From Myxococcota bacterium (GTDB lineage: Bacteria; Myxococcota_A; UBA9160; SMWR01): a stretch of 64,000 bases of DNA. Below, in pieces: positions 44,448 to 52,775 of the stretch; position 1 is the stretch's first letter; the number at the start of each line of letters is the position of its first letter. Under the pieces are notes generated by a model, which ran no database searches, was not told where the DNA came from, and saw nothing but the letters and a program-made list of their open reading frames with translations. The translations under genes were made by a program, and so were the position numbers. The stretch lies in contig JBCCEW010000009.1 in the NCBI GenBank assembly GCA_039030075.1, forward strand, positions 43,204 to 107,203. The letters are read 5' to 3'.

Positions 44448-46553
44448 GTGGTGGATCACCACGGGGAGAGCGGAGACACCGAAGTGCGTGGGGGCGCGCG
44501 CGACGTGGTGCCCTTCGCGCTCTGGCGTTCTCTGCCCTACGCCTTGCTCGCGCTGGCGGGTGTCTACGGCGGGCTCGCTGTATTCCATGGCGCGCATCTC
44601 GGGCGCAACGCCTACCCGGCCGCTGCGGCCGGCTGTGGATTCGTGGCTCTCGCCGCGGTCGTTGCGGCGATCTCCGCGCGGACCCGCCGGGAGGGGGAGC
44701 AGCACGTCCGTCGCTGGATCCTCGCCGCCGGACTCGTCAACGCACTGGCCACGGGATGGTTGTGCTGGGCGACCGGGGAACCCGGTTGGACCCCGTTCCT
44801 CGGGGTGATGGCGATCGCGAGTGCCTACTTTTTCTTCGAGCGGCGCGATCTCGCGGTGATCCTCGGGAGCATCGGGGTGGCCTTCGCCGCCGGTTTCTGG
44901 AGCCCCGCCGCCAAACCCGGTTGGGACCTCGCCGCGCTCCACCTCGGGGTCGCCCTCGTCGCGGCCGGGGTGTTGCGTTCGGCGCGACGCGTCCACCTTC
45001 ATGAGTTCGGACGACTGCGTGAGGAGCGGGACCGTCGCGAACAGGAACTGCGCGACAGCGAAGCGCGTTGGCGGGGCTTCGCGGAGAACGCGCGCGATGT
45101 GATCGCGTTGCTCGACGAGGACGACCGGACCCTCTACGTGAATCCCCGCTTCTCGGAGATCTACCCGGTCGAGACCGGGAACCTGATGGGGCGCTCTCCC
45201 ATCCCGGCGCTCGCGCAGGGCTCGCGTGCGGCGGGACGCGACGCGCTGGAGCGCTGGCGCGCCGGTTCGGACGAGGTGCATACGTTTCAGGTCGAGATCG
45301 GTGGGGAGAAGCGATGGATCGAGGTGGCGGCGGCACCGGTGCCCATCGCCGATGGGAACACGGGCATCCTGACGTTCTCACGCGACATCACCGACCGACT
45401 GGCGCTCGAGGAACGGCTGCGATCGGCACAGAAGGACGAGGGACTCGCCCTGATGGCCGCGGGCGTGGCCCATGACTTCAACAACCTCCTCGCCGTGGCC
45501 CTCGTCGAGACGGAGTTGGCGCAGCGGGAGTCGACGAATCCGGACGTCGATAGCCGTCTGCAGCGCGTGGAAGATGCACTGCTGCGCTCGCGTACGTTGA
45601 CCCAGCAGCTCCTGGCGTACACGGGGTCGGCGGCCGCCGTACGCGAAGCTCTCGATCTCTCGGAGCACGTCGAGGAACTCTACCCGCTGATGCAGAGCTC
45701 GATTCCGGGCGGCGCGCGCCTGCGTTTCGATCTCTGCCGCGACCTCCCTGCGATCCAGGCCGACCCGACTCAGCTCCATCAGGCGCTGATGAACGTGGTG
45801 TGGAACGCGGCGGAGGCGAGTGCGGTTCCCGGTGGCCGTGTGCTGGTGCGGACCGGAGCCTCGTTCCTGTCCGAGGCCGACGTCGTGGAACTGCAACCGG
45901 CCGAGGAGCGTTTGCCCGGGCTCTATGCCTGGGTGGAGGTGCGCGACAACGGCCACGGCATCCCGGGCGAGTCGCAGCCCCGGATCTTCGATCCGTTCTA
46001 CAGCACCCACGAGCCGGGGCGGGGGCTGGGTCTGGCGGCCGTGATCGGCATCGTGCGCGCCCACGCCGGTGGGATTCACGTCTCGAGCGTCGAAGGTCAG
46101 GGCAGTCTCTTCCGTATCTACCTGCCCGCCTTCGAGCGCCGAGGCGGCAAGCGCGCCGAGGCCCAGCCGGAAGGAGCGCGGCTGCTGCTGATTCACCCGG
46201 ACGTCGCCCGGCGCTCGGTCCTGAAGCAGGCCGTCCGGGGCCTTGGCCATCGCACGCTGGAGGCCGACTCGCTCCGCGTGGGCATTGCGCGCCTACGCAA
46301 CGAGGCGAAGCCGGCCGATCTCGTGCTGCTGGGCGGTGCGGGGCGCAGTCCCGAAGCGCTGCGCCGCGAGGTCGCCGACGTGCGGCGCGTCGCCCCCGAC
46401 CTCCCGATCCTGATCGCAGGCGAGGACGCCCGAAAGCGGACAGACACGGGCGAACTCGAGGGGCTCGATCGGGTCGCGTGGCTGCCGAGCCCGCTCACGC
46501 CGATCGGACTCGCGAATGCGATCGACGCCCTGCTCTGGGGCGACGAACCCTAG
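44448..46553 (+). CDS. Membrane sensor histidine kinase with PAS domain and C-terminal degenerate (pseudo-)receiver domain
   Basis: N-terminal TM helices, PAS ('DSEARWRGFAENARDVIALLD'), H-box 'AAGVAHDFNNLLAV' and 'GRGLGLAAVIGIV'. The C-terminal REC-like fold lacks the acceptor Asp ('DLVLLGGAG'). Start codon uncertain. Confidence 0.85.
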   Translation: MVDHHGESGDTEVRGGARDVVPFALWRSLPYALLALAGVYGGLAVFHGAHLGRNAYPAAAAGCGFVALAAVVAAISARTRREGEQHVRRWILAAGLVNALATGWLCWATGEPGWTPFLGVMAIASAYFFFERRDLAVILGSIGVAFAAGFWSPAAKPGWDLAALHLGVALVAAGVLRSARRVHLHEFGRLREERDRREQELRDSEARWRGFAENARDVIALLDEDDRTLYVNPRFSEIYPVETGNLMGRSPIPALAQGSRAAGRDALERWRAGSDEVHTFQVEIGGEKRWIEVAAAPVPIADGNTGILTFSRDITDRLALEERLRSAQKDEGLALMAAGVAHDFNNLLAVALVETELAQRESTNPDVDSRLQRVEDALLRSRTLTQQLLAYTGSAAAVREALDLSEHVEELYPLMQSSIPGGARLRFDLCRDLPAIQADPTQLHQALMNVVWNAAEASAVPGGRVLVRTGASFLSEADVVELQPAEERLPGLYAWVEVRDNGHGIPGESQPRIFDPFYSTHEPGRGLGLAAVIGIVRAHAGGIHVSSVEGQGSLFRIYLPAFERRGGKRAEAQPEGARLLLIHPDVARRSVLKQAVRGLGHRTLEADSLRVGIARLRNEAKPADLVLLGGAGRSPEALRREVADVRRVAPDLPILIAGEDARKRTDTGELEGLDRVAWLPSPLTPIGLANAIDALLWGDEP

Positions 46554-46560
46554 CCGCGCC

Positions 46561-48153
46561 CTACTCGGGGGCGGGCAGACGGTCCGCTTCTTCCCGCAGC
46601 CGGTTCTTCGCGACCTTCTCGAGCGTGGCCGTCGGGAACGAATCCCGGAAGTAGACCGCGCGCGGCACCTTGAAGTCGGCGAGCTTCGACCGGCAGTGCT
46701 CGAGAAGCGCCTGCGCGTGTGCTTCGGGCTCCGGCGCGCCCGGCGCCTGGATCACGAACACCACCGGAACCTGGTCGAGCATCTCGTGTTGGCGGCCGAC
46801 GACGGCGATGTCGGCGACTCCGCCGACTTCGCGGCAGCAGTCCTCCACCTCGCGGGCAGACACGTTCTCGCCGCCGACCTTCAGCGCGTCCTTGTCGCGG
46901 TCCTTGTAGAAGAAGTTGCCCGCTTCCCCGAGGACGACGCGGTCGCCCGTCTTGAACCAACCGTCCTCGGTGAACGACTTGCTCATGGCTTCTTCGTTGT
47001 CGTAGTACTCGAGGAAGAGCTGGACACCGCGGCGTCCGCGCACCCAGAGCTCGCCGATCTCGCCGGGCGGGCAGGGCGTCTCGGTCTCCGGGTCGACGAT
47101 CATGAACTCGTACCCGGGCGTCGGCTTGCCCATCGATCCGTCCGGGTAGGTCTGGAAATAGTCGTTGCGGGTGGCGTGGATCACCGTCTCGGTCATGCCC
47201 CAGGAGGCGAGGATCCGCAGCTTCAACCAGCTCTCGAGCGCGGGCATGATCAAGCCGAAGATCCCGACCTTCAGCTTGTGCTCGGGGACGGGCTGGTTCG
47301 CAATCGCCTTGAAGACGAAGGGGATCAGCGAGATATGGGTGACGTCGTGCTTCACGACGACTTCCCAGAACCGGCTCGCCGAGAACTTCGGCTGGAGGAC
47401 GATCGTCCCGCCTGCACCGAGCGTGCTCCAGAACGACCAGCTCTGCGCGTTGACGTGGAAGAACGGGAGATAGACGAGGTAGGTGTCGTCGCCGGTGATG
47501 TCGGCGTTGATCGGACCCATGCGGCTGGCCCAGAGCGCGTTGGCGTGGGTGTGGACGACGGCCTTCGGGCGCGACGTAGTGCCCGACGTGAACATGATGC
47601 CGGCCGGCGCCATCGGGTCGGCGGGCCGCTGCGCGAGGCCCTCGCCATTTCCCTGAAGTGCGGCGAAGGGTTCGTGGTTCGCTTCGACCTTCGTCTTCGG
47701 CGCCTCGCCCGAGTTGTCCGCCGTCACCACGAGCCACCCCAGATCCTTGGCGTTCTCCGCCACGAGGTCGGCGTACTGGGGCTGGGTGATCGCGCCGACG
47801 CAGCGCGTGTGTTCCACGAAGTACGCGATCTCGGCGCCGGCGCTCCGTGTGTTGGTCGTGACGCCGACGGCCCCGAGCCAGGCACAGGCGTACCAGGCGA
47901 TCACCATCTCGGGACAGTTGTCCGAGTGGATCAGGACCTTCTCGCCCTTCGTCACGCCGCGGGCGGCGAGCCCGGCCGCGACGTCGCGGACCTCCGCTAC
48001 GAACTCGGCGTAGCTCCAGCGACGCTCGGCGCCGTCGCGCGGCTCCCAGATGAGCACCGGGTGATCCGGCTTGTGCTCGGCCCAATGCGAGAGGAGCCAG
48101 GGAAGGTCCTGGCCGGCAAACTGAAAGGCGTCGACCGCATCGCGGTTCCACAT
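46561..48153 (-). CDS. AMP-dependent acyl-CoA synthetase/ligase
   Basis: ATG 48153. 'MFTSGTTSRPKAV', 'GWFKTGD' and 'GGENVSAREVE' (adenylate-forming signatures). Confidence 0.9.
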   Translation of the reverse strand: MWNRDAVDAFQFAGQDLPWLLSHWAEHKPDHPVLIWEPRDGAERRWSYAEFVAEVRDVAAGLAARGVTKGEKVLIHSDNCPEMVIAWYACAWLGAVGVTTNTRSAGAEIAYFVEHTRCVGAITQPQYADLVAENAKDLGWLVVTADNSGEAPKTKVEANHEPFAALQGNGEGLAQRPADPMAPAGIMFTSGTTSRPKAVVHTHANALWASRMGPINADITGDDTYLVYLPFFHVNAQSWSFWSTLGAGGTIVLQPKFSASRFWEVVVKHDVTHISLIPFVFKAIANQPVPEHKLKVGIFGLIMPALESWLKLRILASWGMTETVIHATRNDYFQTYPDGSMGKPTPGYEFMIVDPETETPCPPGEIGELWVRGRRGVQLFLEYYDNEEAMSKSFTEDGWFKTGDRVVLGEAGNFFYKDRDKDALKVGGENVSAREVEDCCREVGGVADIAVVGRQHEMLDQVPVVFVIQAPGAPEPEAHAQALLEHCRSKLADFKVPRAVYFRDSFPTATLEKVAKNRLREEADRLPAPE

Positions 48154-48244
48154 GGTCGGGTGCTCCTGATCATCGATCCCCCGCAGAGAGCGGGGTATAG
48201 CCAATGCGCGCGCGCGCGGCGCCAACCCGTCGGCGGCGGGCCTG

Positions 48245-49318
48245 CTAGGCCTCGTCGAGCAGCCCCCGCAGCGCCATTGCCGCGGGGTTGTGCTTCCAGA
48301 TCTCGTGATCGGCGGGCACGACTCCGCGTTCCACGGCCCGGTTCATCACGCGGACGACGATCGCCGTGTAGCGGAGTCCGCCCAGCACTTCGTAGAAGTG
48401 GGTGTCGCCGAGGTCGCGGCCTGCGAACCCGCAATAGAGGTCGCGTTGTTCTCCGCGGGTCGGCTCGCCCTCGAGGCGCGCGGTCCCCACGCTCTCGTGC
48501 ATGGTCCGATCGAACATCAACCACCAGCCGAGGTCGAACTCGGCGGGCGCGATCGCGCTGTTCTCGAAGTCGGTGATGCAGACGGGACGGGCGTCGCGGA
48601 AGATGATGTTCCCGAGCCGCGCATCGCCCCAACTGAAACGGTTCTCGAGGCCCCTTGGCAGGCGCTCCCGCAGCCAGGCCACCCCCTCGTCGAAGACGGG
48701 CAGGGTGCGATCCCGGAGTTCGCTTCGGCCGAAGGCCTCCCAGAGGTCGAGCTGGCGCTCGATCCCGGGCGGGTGCGCCGGGTGGGCGAGCCAGCCGAGG
48801 CCGGCTTCGGTGGGGTCGAGGGTGTGGACCCTGGCGAGGATGCGCAGGCCCTCGGTGATCATCCGCCTGCGTGCGTCGGGGCTCGCGTCGAAGAAGAACC
48901 CCTGCTGGGTGTAGGGCGGGTTCTCGATCGTGACGTCGCCCCCGATGTACTCCATCGCAAAGAAGGGGGTCCCGAGGACGGACGCGTCCGCCTCGTAGCC
49001 GATCAAGCCCGCGAGAGGCGCGCAGTCGGTCTGCGCGAGGGCCTCCATCACGCGATATTGGATGTCGATCTCGACGTCGAGACCGGGCGCCTGCTGGGGA
49101 TAGATGGCGGGCTCCGGATTCTCGAGCCGCAGCACCACCCGCTCGGCGTGGGGCGCGCCGCCGCGGGTGTACTCGATCGGGACGAAGATCGTCCGGGCGG
49201 AGAAACCCGACTTCGGGTTCTCGAACGCGTGCACCCGGAGATCGCCCACGTCGGGCCAGCGCTTCGCGAGCCAGGCTGCGAAGAGCGGACGCAGCTCGTC
49301 GTCGCTCGGCAGGCTCAT
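48245..49318 (-). CDS. Phosphotransferase (aminoglycoside/choline-kinase-fold, APH family) protein
   Basis: ATG 49318 overlaps the upstream stop (ATGA). Catalytic loop 'SWGDARLGNIIF' and metal motif 'ITDFEN'. The long ORF 48245..50095 is trimmed. Confidence 0.8.
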   Translation of the reverse strand: MSLPSDDELRPLFAAWLAKRWPDVGDLRVHAFENPKSGFSARTIFVPIEYTRGGAPHAERVVLRLENPEPAIYPQQAPGLDVEIDIQYRVMEALAQTDCAPLAGLIGYEADASVLGTPFFAMEYIGGDVTIENPPYTQQGFFFDASPDARRRMITEGLRILARVHTLDPTEAGLGWLAHPAHPPGIERQLDLWEAFGRSELRDRTLPVFDEGVAWLRERLPRGLENRFSWGDARLGNIIFRDARPVCITDFENSAIAPAEFDLGWWLMFDRTMHESVGTARLEGEPTRGEQRDLYCGFAGRDLGDTHFYEVLGGLRYTAIVVRVMNRAVERGVVPADHEIWKHNPAAMALRGLLDEA

Positions 49319-50256
49319 CGTCCCGCCCGCAGCGCGCGGAAGAAGCGGGTGGCCGCGGGTGCGCTCCAGTTGTCGTGGTCCTCGCCCCAGCCGCGACCGC
49401 CGTCCCATTCCCACTCGGTCAGACAGTTCCAGGTGAACAGGTTGGGGTTGAGGTGCACGCCGATCTTGTTCACACAGCGGCCTTCGGCCTCGAAGGCGCG
49501 GCCGAGTTCGTCTTCGCCCCGCAGGCGCACGCGCGTCGGGGCATCGCGTTCCGCGCGCTCGAGCACGTCGCGACCGCCCTTGCCCGGCACCAGCTTCGCG
49601 TACTCCCCATCGCGCACGAGGTAGCCGTGGATCGGGATGCAGGCGTCGGCTTCGAACGCCATGGTGATGGCGTGAAACCCGTCGCCCTCCGAGGCGGTGG
49701 CGTAGCTGTAGCCCCCACGCGGTGCTCCCGAGTTCGACAGCGTGTCGCCGATCTGAGAGCGCGATCCCCAGGAGCGGTCCCGAAACCCGAAGGCGTCGAC
49801 GGGCACGCTCTCGTCGTCGATTCGGATCGTCCCGGTGTAGCGACCCGGCTGATCGAGGTGGGACTCCGCCAGGTAGTTCGGCGGTTGCAGTGCGTCGAAG
49901 TGGAGGTCGATCTCGACGCGCTTCTCGTCCGGGTCGAGGTAGCGCAGTCGATAGCGCTTCAGGTCCTCGAGGCACTCGTAATGCAGCCCGCTCGGCAGGG
50001 AGAGGGCTTCGAGGCGCGCGTCGTCTGCGAGGGGGACGTGCCAGAGGTTCTTCGCGTAGAGGCAGTCCCAGAGTTCGGAGCCCGTGTCGTCCCACAGGAA
50101 GCAGGCGCTGGACGTGACGCCCTGGTTGCGCCGCAAGAACGGGTAGAGCTGGCCCGAGAGCTTGCGCTCGGGAACGGCGAAGGTGAACCAGCAGGTCTCG
50201 GTCCAGAACGGGTCGTCGTCGGGCGCCGGGTGGAATCGGTCGTCGGGGTGCGACAT
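49315..50256 (-). CDS. Hypothetical protein, 'DRSWG' family A (possibly lipocalin-like CrtC/AttH-type barrel)
   Basis: 313 aa with normal composition. Motifs 'PFWTETCWFTF', 'FGFRDRSWGSRS' and 'EWEWDGGRGWGEDHDNW'. Distant paralogue of 58563..59687. Translationally coupled to the kinase. Confidence 0.65.
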   Translation of the reverse strand: MSHPDDRFHPAPDDDPFWTETCWFTFAVPERKLSGQLYPFLRRNQGVTSSACFLWDDTGSELWDCLYAKNLWHVPLADDARLEALSLPSGLHYECLEDLKRYRLRYLDPDEKRVEIDLHFDALQPPNYLAESHLDQPGRYTGTIRIDDESVPVDAFGFRDRSWGSRSQIGDTLSNSGAPRGGYSYATASEGDGFHAITMAFEADACIPIHGYLVRDGEYAKLVPGKGGRDVLERAERDAPTRVRLRGEDELGRAFEAEGRCVNKIGVHLNPNLFTWNCLTEWEWDGGRGWGEDHDNWSAPAATRFFRALRAGR

Positions 50257-50307
50257 GGGGGGGCAGCGTACACGCCGCGCTCCTCGGGCTCCAAGCGAAA
50301 GGCGCTG

Positions 50308-50366
50308 CCCACCCCTCCGTGTCGCGTTCGAGACGAGGAGGGGTGGGCCCGAGGAGTTCTCCTCGG
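50308..50366 (-). terminator. Two adjacent strong stem-loops after the 50378..51838 gene
   Basis: CCGAGGAG-TT-CTCCTCGG (50349-50366) and CCCACCCCTCC-(18 nt)-GGAGGGGTGGG (50308-50347) begin 11 nt after the stop codon. The RNA tail after the hairpins is only weakly U-rich. Confidence 0.4.
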
Positions 50367-50377
50367 CGGCTCGCGGC

Positions 50378-51838
50378 TCAGTCGCCGTCGCCGAACTCGA
50401 AGCTCACCTTCGGCCGCACGAACTTGACGCTGATCTTGCGGGAGATCCCCGCGGTCCAGTGCTCGCCCACCAGGGGCAGCGAGACCGAGGGGGCGTTCGA
50501 AGCGATGGTCAGGCTCGCCCGATAGGTGTGGGTCTTCAGACGAATCCCGCCCACCGGCGCTCCTGCCCGGAACCCGAGATCGATCGTGCAACGGTCGCCC
50601 GGTGGCAGCGTGTTTCCCGAACAGGCGTCCGCGACGATCGCGAAGTTCGCGCGATCGAAGCCCGAGATCGAGAGGGCGGACACGCTGAGATCGGTGTCGC
50701 CGATGTTCTGCACCACGACGACCCGGTTGCCGATCGGCTGGTGGAGATCCCGGTAGACCCAGAACACTTCATAGGGATCCGTGTCGATCCCCGGGCCCTC
50801 GAAGACGGGCCCGAGGGTGACCGCCGTCGGGAGCGGGTGGGTCGTGCTCACGATCGGCGAGGCGCCGCTGCGCACGATCGACGCGCTGTCGGCCTCGTTT
50901 GCCGTCACCACAGCACCGCGGTGCCCGACCGCCAGGTCGAGCGGGTTGGCTCCGCTGCCGCCCGTGGAGACCGGCGCTTCGAGCTGATCGTTGCGGTAGC
51001 GCACCGCCTGGGAACGGCTCGCGTCCCCGACCCAGATCGGGTAGCCGTCGCGGTGCCGGCGCGGCTCGAACGCGACTCCGCCGGCCTCGGAGAAGGGCAG
51101 CGGCACGGTCTCGATCTTGTTGCCGTTGCCCGGGTCGAGCGTGGTCAGGATCACCTGGCCCCCGTCTTCGCCGCTGATGGCGATCGTGCCGTCGGGTCCC
51201 GCGGTCAGACCGCCCGGGTTGCTCGGCAGCGGCGCGCCACCGAAGTGGACCAGACTCGCGTTCCCCGAGTTCGGGTCGAACTCGGCGACTTCCCCGTTGT
51301 CGGCGACGACGTAGATGCGGTCGGCCCGCGCGCTGTAGTCGGCGTAGAGGGCGTCCTGCACCGGCAGGGTGTGCAAGGCCACGCTCGAGCAGAAGCAGTC
51401 CTTCGTGAGGTTCACGATGCAGGTGTGGATCGTCGGATCCTGCAGGTCGAGCTCGGCCAGGACCGAACCGCCCGACGTGTTGCTGGTCTGAAGCACGAAG
51501 AGTCGTTGCCCCATCGGCACGACGGCGTGGGAGAGAATGCCCTTCGGTGTGAACTTGAGGTCGACGCGCGCACCCTGATTGTCGGGTAGCTGGATCGTCG
51601 CCTCGTCCTCGGCCGCCACGTAGAGGAAGTCGCGCGAGACACCGGCGACCGCCCGCCTGGCGAAGCGGATGTCGACGGGGTCGCCGTTGGTTCTCCAGTC
51701 GGTCACCGCGGATCCGTCGGAGAGCCGGAACACGTCGATGCGTTTGTCTTCGACCGAGGTGACGTAGAAGTGTTGCTCTCCCTGGGCGGCGAACGCCAAG
51801 AGGCCCAGGGAGGCGAAGAGAAGCGTGAAGCGTTTCAT
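50378..51838 (-). CDS. Secreted beta-propeller-like protein with C-terminal choice-of-anchor-D/ASH-type Ig-like domain
   Basis: ATG 51838 with GAGGA SD. Signal peptide 'MKRFTLLFASLGLLAFAAQG'. C-terminal 'VVVQNIGDTDLSVSALSISGFDRANFAIVADACSGNTLPPGDRCTIDLGF'. The long ORF 50378..52765 is trimmed. Confidence 0.7.
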   Translation of the reverse strand: MKRFTLLFASLGLLAFAAQGEQHFYVTSVEDKRIDVFRLSDGSAVTDWRTNGDPVDIRFARRAVAGVSRDFLYVAAEDEATIQLPDNQGARVDLKFTPKGILSHAVVPMGQRLFVLQTSNTSGGSVLAELDLQDPTIHTCIVNLTKDCFCSSVALHTLPVQDALYADYSARADRIYVVADNGEVAEFDPNSGNASLVHFGGAPLPSNPGGLTAGPDGTIAISGEDGGQVILTTLDPGNGNKIETVPLPFSEAGGVAFEPRRHRDGYPIWVGDASRSQAVRYRNDQLEAPVSTGGSGANPLDLAVGHRGAVVTANEADSASIVRSGASPIVSTTHPLPTAVTLGPVFEGPGIDTDPYEVFWVYRDLHQPIGNRVVVVQNIGDTDLSVSALSISGFDRANFAIVADACSGNTLPPGDRCTIDLGFRAGAPVGGIRLKTHTYRASLTIASNAPSVSLPLVGEHWTAGISRKISVKFVRPKVSFEFGDGD

Positions 51839-51900
51839 GTGGTGTCCTCGCTTGGGAAGTCCCGTCCGAGGGCTTCGGTAGCCCGCGACGCAGCCGCCCC

Positions 51901-51918
51901 GCGTGAAGCACTTCACGC
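51901..51918. promoter_or_regulatory. Perfect 8-2-8 inverted repeat GCGTGAAG-CA-CTTCACGC in a divergent promoter region
   Basis: Read directly. Lies ~70 bp upstream of the secreted-protein ATG and ~135 bp upstream of the NAD(P)H-binding-protein ATG. Followed by a direct repeat, CGATTCGC at 51927-51934 and 51942-51949. Confidence 0.4.
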
Positions 51919-52051
51919 ACCCCGGGCGATTCGCAACTGCTCGATTCGCGTGCACTTTTCGACGCTCCGAGGCTCCAGTTGGCGTGAGCCCGAAGCGCGA
52001 TTGCGCGCGTCGGGCTTGCGAGGGTGCGGGCCAGGGACGAGAGTGAGCGTC

Positions 52052-52690
52052 ATGCACGTAGCGGTCTTCGGCGCGACGGGATCCCTCGGCCACGAGTGCG
52101 TGAAGCAATCCCTCGAATCCGGGCACAAGGTGTCGGTGCTGGCGCGCGCGCCGGAGAAGCTGCCCGAGGCCTGGCTCTCGCGGGTGCGCGTCGTCGAGGG
52201 CGATGCGCTCGAAGAGGCGAACGTCGAAGCGGCCCTGTCCGAGGGCGTGGAGGCCGTGCTGTTCGCGATCGGCGTCGATCGCCACTCTCCGGAGGATCTC
52301 TGTACCACCGTGACCCGCCATCTGATCGCGACGATGCCGCGCATGGGCGTGCATCGACTGGTCTGGTGCGGCGGGGGGAGCACGCTGGTACCCGAGGATC
52401 GCGTGACGATCGGGGCGCGCTTCGTCGAGCTCTTCGCGCGAGTCTTCATGGGGCTGCGCCATCGGGACAAGGCCCATCAGTGGGACCTCTTGCGACGCCA
52501 CCGCGAGATCGACTGGGTGGGCGTGCGACCTCTTCAGATGCGGCGGGGCGCGAAGCGTGCCGACTACCGCCTGGGTTTCGAGGCCTTCAGCGGTTTCTCC
52601 CACATCAGCTTCGCCGACTGCGCGCACGCGATGCTCGGCATGCTCGAGAGCGACACCTGGCTCCACAAGGCGCCCGTCATCCAGTACTGA
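52052..52690 (+). CDS. NAD(P)H-binding (NmrA/BVR-B-like atypical SDR) protein
   Basis: N-terminal 'MHVAVFGATGSLGHE' glycine-rich loop. 212 aa. Confidence 0.8.
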   Translation: MHVAVFGATGSLGHECVKQSLESGHKVSVLARAPEKLPEAWLSRVRVVEGDALEEANVEAALSEGVEAVLFAIGVDRHSPEDLCTTVTRHLIATMPRMGVHRLVWCGGGSTLVPEDRVTIGARFVELFARVFMGLRHRDKAHQWDLLRRHREIDWVGVRPLQMRRGAKRADYRLGFEAFSGFSHISFADCAHAMLGMLESDTWLHKAPVIQY

Positions 52691-52775
52691 GCGTGTTGCC
52701 ACATTCGCTCGGCTCCGCCGACACCGATGGCGCGATGCTCTAGGATCCGCCCGTCTGCCACACACGGAGGCCGCG

